A stretch of 64,000 bases of DNA from Callorhinchus milii (lineage: Eukaryota): NCBI RefSeq assembly GCF_018977255.1, contig NW_024704743.1:78432001-78496000 (forward strand), read 5' to 3'. The notes beneath the pieces were generated by a model that did not search any database, was not told where the DNA came from, and saw nothing but the letters and a program-made list of their open reading frames with translations. Below, in pieces: positions 34,601-49,600 of the stretch. Made by a program: the position numbers and the translations under genes. Every line of letters starts with the position of its first letter. Positions within the stretch are counted from its first letter, which is position 1.

Positions 34601-37600
34601 CGTAGGCCAGTTTCCTTACTCCACATATAATGATAATCCTTGCATTTGATATAGCGCTTTTCACGTCGGGAGGACGTCCCAAAGCGCTTTACAGAATATA
34701 TTGTAAAGTGAATTGACTGTATATTTGTGGGCGAACACGGCAGCCAATTGCGCACAGCAATGTCCCACAAACAGTCATGGATTGAAAATGACCAATTTAT
34801 TATTGTTTTTGGTTTTTTGGAGGGATTATTATTAGGCGTGTGGAGTAAGGAAACTTGCCCAAGGTTTCACCCTGCCTGGAATTGAACTCAGGTCTCTTAC
34901 TTGCAAAGCGAATGCTCTAACCACTGAGCTGCAGGACTCCACATACCTCTGTTTACCGAGCAGCCAGAATCTGGTTGTTAGTCGATTGGCGGATTGTGTT
35001 CTGGGAGTAATAATCCTTTCAAAAAAAAAATTTAGTCACTGAATCCATGACTGGGACACTGCTGTGCAATTGGCTGCCAGTTAATTCACTTTACAGTATA
35101 TTCTGTGATGCACTTTGAGATGTTTCAACAACATGATGAGGTACTAAATCAAATGCAAGGCTTATTATAATTATTATTATTAATTCTGGGCTTGAAATTA
35201 TTGATTACTGGCCATTTCACATAGCTCTATTGAAAGATTGAACTGAAGAGGGTAGGAAGTGAAATTCAATCCAGAAATTATACCTGATCTTGTTTGTAGT
35301 CGCAGAGAGCCTTGAGAATGATTTTGTTCCCGGACCGTTGATCAGCATTGGTAAGTGGGTTACGTGGTTTTAGCTGGACTATATTCTTCGATTTGTTTAC
35401 CAAGTTCGTCATCTGTCTCTTGTACTCCAGGATTTTATCTTTATCTTTCTGTGGAAAAGAAAACCAAAGATAGCTTGGATGAAACATAAAACTCAAAAAA
35501 CGATAATAGGTCTCTACGAGGACTGTGTTTTGCTGGAAATACTGTAATGGTTCCATATTGTTATATTACAACAATATTATTAGAAAATTAGTGGTCAAAA
35601 TTATATATGTAATTAGATACGTATGTCTATAAATCATTGAAAGGGTCTATCACACGCTTTTAGCTAAAACAGTGACAAAAATTTTTTACAAAGGTGTTTC
35701 CATTCATGAAGATACAATGAGGAATTCAGCTTTCAACATTGAAATGATTACCTCGGATTCTGTTATCATCTTTTCTAACTGCAGAGCCGGTGTAGACTTA
35801 TCACAGATAAATTTCTTTCTGATAGAGTCCTGCATTTTCTTCAGGTCTTTTTCAACCATTTGAGCTTCCTCAAAAAACTACAGAACAAAATGTGAGAATG
35901 CCATTTACTGCAATAAGACAACATACTTGTCAAATTGGTTGCCACGTTTTGCCCACAAATATACAGTCAATTCACTTTACAGCATATTCTGTGAAGCACT
36001 TTGAGACGTCCAGAAGTTGTGAACAGCGCTATATTAAATGCAAGGAATATTATTATTATTAAATTCTCCCTCCTTTGCTCTCCTCAAGGTGAACCCTACT
36101 GAGGTAGGGTTTGATGGGCGCCAGGTTCCTCTTCTACCTTTCCCAAATGGCCATCATTCGAGTGCGACTCAAGAGAGTGAATGTGGCAGACTATTCCATG
36201 CTAGAGAGTATCACACCTGATATATCAACAGCATTTATGTAGCGCCCTTCACACGGGGTAATGTCCCGGAGTGCTATATGGTGATATTGCAAGGAAACAG
36301 GCCATTGGCCCAATTACTCCATGCTGGTGTTTACATCCCACACAAACTCCGCCCCTCCTAAGTCATTCACGTACACATTAAGTCTCCTCTTAAAAATGTT
36401 GATGCTTTTTGCTTCAACCCCAGCTCCCCAGATGGAATTCGACATTTTCACCTCTGCATGAAGAAGTTCCTCCTAAACTCCCTTTGAGCTCTGCTACTGG
36501 CAGTCATGGCCCCCCCAGTTGGATCTCACCAACGTGGGAACAGCCTATCAATGTGCACCTCATTGAATCCTTTCATAGACAAACTCCTGTCCTCACCCCA
36601 CACTGAAGAGTAGTCAGGAAGCAGGAATCCTGGCTGAGTTTCCAAGGACTCAGACCATTTGTAGGACCTCAACTGCTGCCCCAACTGAGATCAATTAAGT
36701 CACTGTAAATTCAAACCTGCGACCTTATGCTCGGTATGAACCCAAGCTCTACCACAGGGCAATGCCTTTACTCAGTCGACTACAGGGGAGCGCATATAAA
36801 AAACCTTTAGTCAAAAGTAAAGAAGTATCTGACCCTGCAGATTTCTTCACATGCCTGAGACTGATCTTCTGACCTCTGCTCAGATATCAATTAACTTCAT
36901 GAAAGTCAAATTGAGATTGGCATAGGGATCCAGTGACAACCTGAGAACATAGCCAGTACCTACAGGATTACAGCGTTTTTGAAAATCTTGTTAATTAGAT
37001 CTCAATGTAAGAGGTCTACACCATAGATAGTTGATATGACATAATCTGTATTATTTTTTAACCTGTTTCATTGGCAAATTGAACTGATCAGTGGTATACC
37101 TGAAAATAATTTGTGTTTTCTTTCAGATGAACTTCAATGCATTTGGTGAGCTGGAGAACCCAACTCCACTGGGTCTGCAGAGCATCAACATAAGCCTGCA
37201 ATTAAATAAAAGTTGGTTTAAGTCAATTTTCACATTAACTTCTGTCAATGAAAGACTTGGGGTCAAGCTTTGCACTGCCTAACCAAATGGGTTAGTCGCC
37301 TCACCTCAATTCTGTTAGCTGCGGGATGCTGATTTGCCACTAGCTTGTCCCCTTCCTGTTTGAGTCTGTTTAATTGCTTTTCTTTGACTTCCAAATTGCT
37401 CATCAACATCTAGTGAAAAAAATAATTGAATTAATTGATTTGAAAAAAAGAAAAGATGTGCACTTTAAAAGTAGCAAAGTAAAATCGGTTAAGTTAAATA
37501 AAGACTTTTGTCCCCACAACAGAATGAGGTGTGTGTGTGTTCGTCCTCTTGTCTGTCAGTAGCATTCATGTATGAACAGCATCTGGAGATAAAAATGGAG

Positions 37601-40600
37601 TTCCTGCAGAACAAACACTTTGACCACTTAAAATAAAAGACCCAGTTTTTCTCCTGGCAAATAGCAGCCAGAGACAATAATGATATAAACACCAATTGAT
37701 GCACTTAACTGAGAATGGAAACTTATGAAGCTGAGAAATCTACACATTTATATTTTCTGCCGTGGCTCACTGAATGTCTGGTCTATTTAATCCTGCAAGT
37801 CTGATCCTGCATGGGAGAGTTTCTTTTTAAAATTTGCGAAAAAAAAGGCTTCCATATTAAGTGTGTATTTGAATTCAATTCTATGCAATCTGAAATTTAA
37901 AAAACACCACCACCACAACAACAACTTGCATTTATATAAGGCCCTTCATGTGGGGTGGCTTTCCAGAGCACTTGATCTTAAAGGCCAAGAAGTGGTGAAA
38001 TTTCAGGCCTGCAGTCACTGATGCATGTCAGGTATCTCCCAATTTAATATCAGTTTACTTACATTTCAACCAGATAATCAGCAAGGGCGGCAACGTGCAA
38101 AAGATAGTCTCCAGAAAGGATCACAAAATTCATCGTAGATTTGAGAGCTTTAGTTGCTTGTTGTGGTTAAGAAAGCATTTGTTTTAAACCTACATTTTGA
38201 CATTTTTGCCAGTTCATCACTTCTCTGCACTCATCGCAGGAGTGATAGCAGGAGATTTGATACACACACACACATACACAACACACACACACAGCTTTCA
38301 AAACCATTAGCTCAGTCTAATGACTCCGACTTACCGAGAATCTTTCTTGCTTCTCAGCAATGTTGGTGTTTTTATCACTCCAATCATAAACTAGTTCTTC
38401 CTCCTCACGATCATTGATCCACATAATCTCATTAGATGCGACTTTAATTATGTCTTGAAACCTGATCAGCTGATCAATTCTTTCATTTGAACCTTTCTAA
38501 TTGTTTAGAAAAAAAGAGAGATTAAGAAACTATCTCCTTTTTTGTTGAATAAAATCACGTACCCCGCACTCGCTGAAAATAAAATCATGGATCGAGACTC
38601 ATCGAAGGATTTTTGCTTACCAAAAGGCCTTCGTATTGGTCTTCAACTTCACTTATAGCCAGTCTGTAGTTCTCAGAATAGTTTTCATTCTATAGGTAAA
38701 AGCAAAACAAAAAAAAATCACACTTCAAACCAGCTTCAAAATTAAGCCTGAAATTAAGAATTTGCCAAATTGGGAAATGCTAAGTAAATAGAGTAAATCT
38801 AGAACCTGATGGCATTTCTATCCAAATGGATCTAACCTGTGGATTTTATTTTTTCAAAACAGGATTCCTTAATAAGGAATTCCAACAAGAATGCCCATTG
38901 ATCCATGGGAACTTCACTCCAGAATTAATTTCCCACAGGTCAGAAAAACATATTTATCACAAGAGTGGCAATCTGCAAGTTCCTCATTAAGAAAACAGAA
39001 ATTAGCCCCTAATATTTCTGATTTGTATGCAAACATGTGTTAATGTCTGTTCATGGATAGATGGTGTGGAATCATGCGAAAAGAGAGGTAGCCATGACAA
39101 ACTATATGGGATCGCTTACAATTTCCCTTTGGGTTGGCCAGGTGTCCGAATGTCAAATACAGAATATACATTTACATAGCGCCTTTCACGTTGAGAAGAC
39201 ACGTCAAATCGCTTATATTGGTAGCACAACTATCAAATGTCTGCTGATAAACCTACACAGAAATAAAAAAAGTAAGGAAAAGGCCAATGCCCTGAACTAT
39301 AAAAACGTTATACCACTGGAAGCACAGCAACTTAGCTCCTAAGAGGAAAATGATGTGCAGAAATAAACCTGATTTATACTTTACATCACATGAGAGCATC
39401 AAAAAAATTGGGTCTTTGTTTTTATAATGCTGGTGAAGAGACAGTCATGGCATAAACTTCTTGATAACAATATAAAATGTGCTTCTAAAAGCTCCTGGGC
39501 CATGCAATGTTCACAGTCCACTTCATGTCACTAGAGTTACAGCTGTTAAAATGTTGCTCTGCGAAAGTGATTGCAGTAGCAGCTATAAAATCGGATCAGT
39601 CTAAATAATAATAATCCATGCATTTGATACAGCGCTTTTCACATCTTCTAGAATTCTCAAAGCGCTTCACAGAATATGCTGTAAAGTGAATTGACCGTAT
39701 ATTCGTGAGCCAAACACAGCAGTCAATTGCGTACAGCAGTGTCCCACACTCGTGGATTGAAAATGACCAATTTTTTTTTAAAATGAAAGAATGTTATCAA
39801 CAGAGGGCATTCTAATATTTTGAGCACACAGCATTGATCAAGTCCCATTGATTTTCACAGGAACAGATGTAATGCTGTCCCTAGTTTTGTTGTATTAGTA
39901 GCCTCCTAAACATGTGTAGTTTAGGGATTGGTTTCAAAATAAAATTCCAGTTGTTACAATGCTGGCATTCCCAAGGAAATCTCCCACTCAAGTACACTTC
40001 CTGCCCATTTTTTCATCAATCAGTCACTGGATTTTGGACAATCCATTTGAATATTGAAATCTGATGGTCGACATTAGGCATGGAAAATAGGAATCGCCAG
40101 GTGACAAAATACTAAGGTCCATCTAGTTCGCCTTCTACCATCCTGGTCGTCGCATGGAAATAGGTCAACAATTTGCAGACACATTTTCCATTGGTATTAA
40201 CTTGCTGAGTGATAAATCAAGGCCAACGTGTTTGAACTAATCTCCAAAAGTTATACGCCACTCATTGCCATTGTTATCACTCAGCTTTTAATGATTTGGT
40301 CTCATTGCACTATACGAATATTATTCTTAGACTAATGCAGCTCTAATAGTTTCTGAATATGCTACTTGTATAATACTCAATTGGTCGCACCACCTCTGTC
40401 ATAGCAGAAAACATACATGAGGGAGAAGGGAATAGATAGGTACAGTAGAGGCAATTAGAAAGAAGGGAGGCTCATGCAGAGTATAAACAATGGCATGGAC
40501 TAGTTGGGACACATTTAGTATCTTTCCGTGCTGTAAAGGGCAAACTGTATAATTGAATCACTGAGTGCTTTTCACAGTTCAACTGTACATGGAACAAAAA

Positions 40601-43600
40601 AAAATGCTTTTCTAAAGACATAGGCGATCCTAGAAGGACATAGATTTTATCTTTTGAATATTTGGGGTCATCATCCCTTGGAAAATAAGTCATTTTATTC
40701 TGGAGCTGTATAATGGGAAATCCTTTCATAAATAACAATAATAACCCTTGAATTTGATATAGCGTTTTGAAACATCTCAAATCACTTCCCAGGTTTATTC
40801 TGTAAGGTGGTGACGATTTTGAGGCAAATGATATAACAAACCTATTGCTAGATAAATGTAAGATGCACCTTATTGTATTCTTTAGACAACCATATTGGTT
40901 TGAAAACAACAGACTATAACATACTTATATTCATAATAGAAAGCAACACTTTCATAAAAACATGCCGGGATCTGCTTGAGACCATTACCTGTTCCACCTT
41001 GACTTTATTTATCTTCCAGCGAAAGTCCTCTATGATTTTGTGGTATCTTTTTTGTTCCTTTATTTGTTCCTCCACAGAGACTGCATCTAAAGCCCATTCT
41101 TGTACACCCATTACTTGCTGTTAGGGGAATGAAGAACATAGTGCAATTCGTTTAGTATTTGTTTTGTCTTCTAACGTTATTCGCTATGATGCCCCCTAGT
41201 GGGATTTAACAGGTCTTTGATTTCCTTAGCCCCATTTTGTTTTACATGATTTTCTCTTAAATACTGCATTAGCAGTAACAGTTCAAAATTTCATTGGAAT
41301 TTTTTTTAATTTCATTTTTTAAAATTTCAAATTGTCCTATAACTTCCCCACTCAAGACTTACCTTTCCGATTGCACTTTCATGGCTTCAATTTTTNCTTC
41401 AAAAGCAATTCAAATAATGTATTGTTTAAGAATTATTTGATTTCTAATATTTACATATTACGTTCACATTAATAGTAATATAATTTAAAGCAGTAAGTTT
41501 TGGTCTAGCATTATTGCTAATATTCCACTTGCAAAAACTGGTCTTGGGAAGAGGAAATACATCAGATGATACTTGAAACATCCGACAATAAACAGAACGC
41601 AAAATGCAATCCTAAAATAAAATCCAACATGAATTGCACAATATTTTCCAGGGGCACAGCCACAGGTAGGGCTGGGTAGGCCATGTCCCACCAAATTAGC
41701 ACCCAGGCCTACCTGTCACTCTCCGTGTTGCCTCATATTCCTGTTCCAACTCTCTTCCCATTGCTCTCCATGCAAAGGGATGACAGGAAGAGTGCCGGAG
41801 CCAGAAGTACGAGGCAGTGCAGAGAGCAATGGGAATAAAGCCGGAGCAGGAGTTATGATATGGTAGCGTGTAGCTAGGAATGGGAATATTGTCATTGCCT
41901 GTCCAACAATAAATTGGTGTCCACCAAATTTACAGTCCTAGCTGCATCACTGTTACTTGCCTGAGAGCCTGAGGACAACAGAGCCTGAGGAACGAGACTG
42001 GTTGACCATATCGGCCAGCAGGAGGGAGAGAAGGGGGAGTTGAGTGGCTAGAAGCAGGTGGTGAAATTCATCCGGGTGATTGTAGTTGAGAGGGAGGAGT
42101 GAGAAATGGGGGCAAAGGAGTGTAAAGAGTGGGGGAATGGCAGGAGCTGTGGCAGAGGGAGAAGGTGGTGTGGATGGTCTGGGTGGTGTGGAGGACGATG
42201 CAGCCAAGCAGATGTTTTAAATTTTTTGAGCCGAAGAAGTCTAGGACCTCTTCATACTTGGCATTACAAGAGCTCTAAGGAGTATTTAAAAAATCCATTT
42301 GTCCAGGAGTGATTAAATAGATACCTTACAGGTGAACACTATCCTAATTTACAAGGGAGTTCACTTGTTTCAACAGCGAGGGTCTGGGAGGGGCAATGCT
42401 GAATACAAAGGCCTCTCTCATTCAACATTACAGTCACCCACCTTGTTTTGACGACTGCAGAATTACAGTGCACTAAAACTGTAATGCATTTTAATTTAAA
42501 ATGAATTTAAGTTATTTTATTAAATTAATTAGTGTTCAAGAATAAGTTTCAAAATCTTACTGAGAGCAGATTAGTGGTTAGTCTAAATCCACAATAAGCA
42601 ACACATGATCCCATACACGAATGACCTATTTTTTGCCTCCACAACAATCTCATGTTACCTAATGTTTGCTAAGTCTCATGTTACTTCCTGTTCACGCTCT
42701 ATTTGCATTAATGAAATATTACATATACCATCCCATGCTGTGCAACAGTGGGATTGACTTTAAATTAATAGCAAGAAATTGTTACTTTTTGCTGTGTCTT
42801 CATATTGGTAAAGTATAATTGGAAGCTTTGTTTAAACGTTAATTTTTGACTTTTTGAATTGTTATCAGAACAGCAATAAAGTGACAGTAAAGAACAATCT
42901 GAAGGTGTGTGGCATCATTAACTGATAACTCAGTAATTGGGAACTAAACTACATGGTGAATAATTTAGTGTTTAGTGCAGTGGTGCCCACTGTTGCCCTT
43001 CATATTTCATTGCACTTAACTACGAACGAATTTGTATATTTGACAGTGTGGAGAATTGTTGATACACATCAGTAATCGTTCACAGATGCACTGAAATCCG
43101 ATTTATCACACCGACACTACTCACGCAACTGGCCTCACCCAAACCACTCATAAGAACAAAAAACAACAAAAAAGTGTATTTTGACGTTCCCCCCCCCCGA
43201 TTCCAAGAAATCTTAGGAGCTGACATATGACCCAGTCAGCCTGGGAATCAACAGTTTATGAAGTGTAGGTTTCTGGTGCTCAGCCAACCTAAAGTGATTA
43301 AAACGCACATAGGTAATCACAAAGCATGTTGAAACTTCTCTCGTATTTTTTTTAATGAATTCTTGTAAAGGAGGACTGTTCTCTAGCTGCTAACTTTACT
43401 TCATAACAATCATAACATCCTGGCTTGACTACGCAAATTCCCTGCTTGTCGTCCTCCGCAACTCCTCCCTCAATAGGTTGCAGATCATCCAGAACTCTGC
43501 AGCCTGCTTCTTCTCCCGTACTAGGCTCCGTGACCCTATCACCCCCATCCTCACCCGACTCCACTGGCTTCCCATCACACAGAGGATACAGCTCAAGATC

Positions 43601-46600
43601 CTGGCCCTCACCTTCAAAGCCCTCCATGGTCTTGCTCCCCCCTACCTCTGTGACCTCCTAACCCCTTACCAACCTGTCCGCAACTCCGCTCAGCGGGCTC
43701 CGGCCTGCTTCATGTCCCCCGCCTCACTCGCCCCACTATTGGGGGTCAGGCCTTCAGCCACTCGGGCCCCACCCTCTGGAACTCCATCCCTTGGCTCCCT
43801 CCCTTGCCTCCTTCAAGACCCATCTCAAGACCCTCCTCTTCGACCGTGCCTTCAGTCACACTCATTCGCCGCCCCCTCCGCAGCCTCTACCCCCAGCTCG
43901 GGTCCAAAACACTGATTGTCTAGCGCCTTGGGACGTCCTCCCAACATGAAAGGCGCTATCCAAATGTAATTTTGTTGTTGTTGTCACATGTCGGTTGGTG
44001 ATTAAGAAAGTGGGCACTTTGATAAGCAATTCAAAGGCAGTTAGCAATAAAGGGATGGCAGCAGGAGCTTCTAGATTAATTTGGTCTCAGCAGAGATATC
44101 AAAGTTCTGCCTTAAACTGAACTGTAGATTTGTTCAGCTTATTTACTGGGGGGGGGGCAGGGGGGGAGCCAGGTAAATTAAACTTGTGGTTATGCACAGC
44201 AAGCTTTACATAGGGCTGGAAAATAAACTACAGAAGAACCTCCATTATACCACATTGTTTTAGGTCCATTTATTTAAACATTGTGCCTGCAAGTGCAGCA
44301 TTTCCTGAATAATGGTTGTCATTGATATAATTTCCTGTGGAGGACATCTCAAAGTGCTGGAATGTCAGAGATTTGGACCCGAGCAGAGGGTTGGAATGAG
44401 GGAGGGTGGACGGCCGGATGGTGGATGAAGTCGAAGAGGAAGGTCTTGAGACATGCCTTGCAAAGGAGAAAGCAAGGCGAAGGGAATGTAGGATGGCGTT
44501 CCAAATGGTGGAGGCAGAGAGACTGGAGAACCAATCTCAGGTGGTGGGGTGGGCCGGGCGGGGGACATGGAGATGGCCGGAACCTGCTGAGTGGAGAGGT
44601 TGATATGGGTTAACATTACACATGAATCAGCAGTGATAAATTAAGGAAGTAGTAAATGGCAGATGGATGACCATACAGTTCTGCAGCACATCTCCACAAC
44701 TCATGTTTAACCAAGGACTTTGAAACCAAGATTGAAATGTAGTGACAAGTGGGATAAAATTATATTATGTTCAAGTTATACAATCACCCAATACAAGACC
44801 CATTATTCAGGAAATGCTGCACTTTCATGCACACTGCGTGTATATGTACATGCAATGCACCGGAAGTACATCACAGTGGCAATTGTGATTTTGTGCTTTC
44901 TTATAACAAAATTGTTGTTTTAAACTGTAACCCTTCTGTATGTTTTGTTTTGAAACTGAATTACAGAGCAAATCCTTCTTCCAACTTGCATTCTGTAAAT
45001 ACTTAAAAACTTTTTTGAAAATTATAAACAAGCAAAATATCAGATTTGGTTCACCTTTTGTTGGTTTATCCAGCTGACCAGCTCATGAGTTGACCTTGAG
45101 TATGATTCATCCCAGGAATTGTTACCGATCGATACTCTTTGGCCGGGTAACTTGACGTGTTCAATAACAACTTGTTCGCTGTATCGTTCATAGATAGCTT
45201 TGGAAATCACACGCAGCTGATCATAAAGTTGAACCACCCTACAAAAAAAGGTTCAAAGATTTAAATTGAAGGTCATTCATCTTAAACACAAGAGCAGAGG
45301 GCTTCTTTCCCCTTCATTTCTAGCTTAAATTCCTCCTGATACCCCATATTTTATGTTTACACAAATCTGTAAAGATCTGCTTCCAACACACTGCCAATGG
45401 CATTTTGTATGAAGGAGATGAGGCTTTGTAGGACAGTCACGTGGGCCTTTTACACCCACAAAAGAACTTAAGCAACTACATGCCAATGAAAAGATGCATC
45501 TCTAGGTTTTTGTTATTATTGAATATTTCATTGAAGTACCTGCTGTTTAATGAAAAGACCTTCCAGTTCTCATTTTTGTACAGAGTTTTCAATTTGAAAA
45601 GACTACAGACTGACTGATCGCAATTAGGGACTACTCTTTCTTGTTTTAACAAATATCCCTTCAAACTTTTATAATAAGTATTTTGTACCATAAAAGCACT
45701 CATATAGTGACATCTCGTACTTCACTCCAGGGTCCTTTTGACAAAAGACTTTGGTATGAAATACTTGAATACTTGCTAGATGCACTCAGGCAGATTATTT
45801 ATGAAATGTAAATATTTTAGGTTAAAGGATAATCCTTACAAAATATCTTGACACGTGTTAATTTCTTTAAAACAATATGAATCCTGGAAACCAACTGATA
45901 AACTTGGAGATTTTAGAGATTAGTCATCAGATTCAAATGACATCCAAGACAATGTTTTAAATTTAGTTTCTTGTTACAAAATACATCAGAAAAAGCCAGG
46001 TCACTTCAGACTAAACTTAAATAGTTGAAATTTTGCTTACCTATTCTGGATAGGTTCAAAAGGCTGCCCAGAATATTTCAAGTCTTCAATGGCTTCCTCA
46101 ATTTCCGAGATCATATCACCACACATTTTTAACAGATTATCGATCTCTATTCGATTTCTCCCAGGCTGCCCAACTTCAAAACCTTTCAAATCCTGGTATA
46201 AATAATGCAAAAATAAACTGTAGTTTACAAGGTATTATTATCATCTGAGAACAATTCTGTTGCTTTGCAAAGACAGTTTTGATGATATGTTTTGTGTAGA
46301 GCTCCAAAAATAATTATGACAGGCAAGTCACTTGTACAATTATATTCCTGGTCAATTACAGTTTCATGTATTTCTTCCCTGTCATCTCACACATCTCCAA
46401 AATAAAAGTTGCCACAACTCAAAAGGATGTAAATCCCAGTCGTTGGTGGGACTTACTGTTCTCCATCCTTGGGAAATAATTGGAAATTGGAAAAAATTCA
46501 AGCAAATGTTTGCCATTGTTTTGTGCAGCTTCTTTTACTGGGAACAGTTTCTGGGAATTGGGGAACAGGAGGATGGATGACCATTCAACAGATCAAGCCT

Positions 46601-49600
46601 TTTCAGAAAATCATGGCACATCCAATTTCCCTGCCTTTTTTCGTGCCCTTTAATATCTTGTATCAGGATCTGCTATTCACTCTGAAAATTATCAGAGCAG
46701 TCATGAATTTTACTAAACAGCTGACTAGCCATTCCAGCTACAAAAGATTGCACTAACTTAATTAATTAATTTACAAGATTAAGTATAATACAAATACATA
46801 TATGATAGCATTTAATCAGAGCTAAGCAAGTGTTTAGGACAACAAGTTAGGGCAGGTAACTGCGGCATGAATAATCTAGGACCCACTGTAAACCAAGTAA
46901 GTTGAAATTGAAGGTTTCTCTTCACACTAATTACAAAGAGGCAGTGTTTGTCCACAGCGCTTAGAGCAACTGAGATCTCATCAAACCTTATACCAGTAAC
47001 TTGAGTATTCTGGACAACGTGGGTCATCACCACTGATGAAATTTCTCTTTATACACACGCTTCACCTATACCTAAGGAGCATGTTAATGCATTGCATTTT
47101 CTTTAAAAGTGGTAATTGACAAACATATTTGTGTCACTTCATTTGTAGGTGAGCTGATATTGCATAAAAACAATCTTAATCATATAATGGGGTCTAAAAC
47201 CCGTTTATTTTTAGTGGGATTCCTTAATAATGACTCAAGAAATGACAGCTCTTTTGGGAAACTGAAAGCATGCCACATTGACCTGTGGAACATTGCTTCT
47301 ACCAATATGTTTCTGGAGTGGCATTCCCAGCATGACGTACTTCAGATACCAATTGCACTTGGAGTCCTCATTAAAAAAAATCCCCACTAGAAATGTCTGT
47401 ATGTTAGATCATATTATTTATTTCTCGCTTTTATATTTCTTCTAATTTTTCTTCTATTTTTCTAGGCCAGTCCGATATAGACGAAGCGGAAGGTCTTCAG
47501 GCGCAACCTGAAAATGGGGAAAGAGGGAGCAAGGCGAATGGGATTGAGGGAGGGAGTTCCATAGTTTTGGGGCGTAGTGGCTGAAGGCACAGACACTGAT
47601 GATGAAGCGGAGGAAGTATTTCATTAACTAAAGGGTAATTAACAACTGAAATGGTGGAATAAGTTACAAAGAAGCGTGGCTGAGGCCAGGACACTGGACT
47701 TATTTAGAAAACAGTTTGAAGCTGTAATGGAAGATGGTGGCGTGGTATTCTAGAAGAATACAATCAAAAGGGGCTGAACAGCTGACTTCATCCAAACCTC
47801 CCGTGAACTTTTAGATTTTGAGCTACATCAGGGTTACTGTTCTCACACACAACAGGATCTAATAAGTAATCTATTCTAATAAAACAATGTGCGTGTGTGT
47901 GCCAATAACACCATAATCAATTGACGTAGAGATATAATTTACTTCCTCATCAGAAAGGTCTTGCATGCACGAGTGTCGCAGATATATTTTTTTCGGGGAT
48001 TTCCTATCATTGATGAGTTATATTTAAAAAAATTTTTAATTAAGCCCTAAAATATGAAGTATGCCTACAACAAAGTAGCAACAGAGGAAATCATGCATGT
48101 TCTAGAGAGATACACCTGTATTACATATTCTGCAACAAAGTAGCGACAGAAAAAAACGTGGGTATATTTTTTGGGGGGTATCATCTATCATTATATAATG
48201 TATAATGTCTAATATAAAGTATAATAATATTATATAAAGTATAATAATACTGAAATCTACATTCCATATTGGGTAGCTGCAACGGGTACAGCTAGTGGTA
48301 TTATAAACATATAAGGCCTGAAATTCAGCCAGAAAACAATTCTATCTTAAAAAGAATTAAGATCACATAAAATTATGGCAAATGCCTAAATCTAGCCTTC
48401 ATTTGAAAACCATTTTGTTAAAAAATGGTTCCAAATGAAGGCTAAATTTAGGTACTTTCAATAATTCTCCATGCAGTTAAATGTTTTAAACCAAATAATA
48501 ATAATAATCCTTGCATTTGATATAGCGCTTTTCACGTCGGGAGGACGTCCCAAAGCGCTTCACAGAACACACTGTAAAGTGAATTGACTGTTATTTGTGG
48601 TCGAACGCGGCAGCCAATTGCGCACAGCAGTGTCCCACAAACAGTCGTAGATTGAAAATGACCAATTTATTATTGTTTTTTTTGTTTTGGAGGGATTATT
48701 ATTAGGCTCTGTGTGGAGTAAGGAAACTTGCCCAAGGTTTCGCTCTGCCTGGAATTGAACTCAGGTCTCTCGCTTGCAAAGCGAGTGCTCTAACCACTGA
48801 GTACAGGACTCCACGCTGTGACAAGGTGCAATCTCTGTCTTGCAGGGAAAAGGATTACTTATGATTTTTAGCAATCAGCATAAGTTATATTCCAAATCCC
48901 AACAACACAAAAGCAATCTTATCCACAACTGACAACTGTAACCTGTATCACAAAGAAACAATCAATTAATCAAGTAAAGAAAGAACCAAAACTTCCACAA
49001 ATGAAAGACGTATGGTAGCAAACTCTGCTGGGGGTGCACTCTGCTAGGACACCAGAAGCTCCCCTCTCTTCTTGATTTGTGTCATAAGATATTTAATATT
49101 CCATCTGAATATTAAAACCAGACCTTAGTTTAATGTCTAATTCAGCACACCCCCAGCATTGCATTGCAGTGTCAACCAATGGCCGCAAAATGCCAACTCA
49201 CAGCTTGAATCCGCAACCTTCGGACTCAGAGACGAGAGTGCTATCAACTGACCCAGGCTCACTCATAAAATGTCAAGACAAATGTCCCTAAGACTAAAAC
49301 CATGTGAAATTTCAGACTCCACATCTTAAAAAAAAATGATTATTTATTTCCATGTAATTGCGTTTATCCTTTGATCTGAGCACAAACTTACGTTTTGGAG
49401 CAACACCTCTGCTTGTCTCAGTTTCAATTCACATTCGTCCACCCCTGCCCGGGCCGCAGCATAGCGTTTTGTCAGCGAATTACTTGAAAAGATACAAAAA
49501 TATATAAATGTCTGCAGTATATGCATGTGACGTTATATTATCAAAATCTATGCATCCTGCACCACAATAGCGTACAAAACCTGAATTATGTTGTGCAGTA

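Noticed and set aside
41396..41396. Single ambiguous base n
   Set aside because: Assembly ambiguity in intron 4, with no effect on the exon model.
41649..41952. hAT-like MITE (CAGGGGCACAGCCA...TAGCTGCATCACTG)
   Set aside because: The terminal match is weak and there is no 8-bp target duplication; insufficient support.
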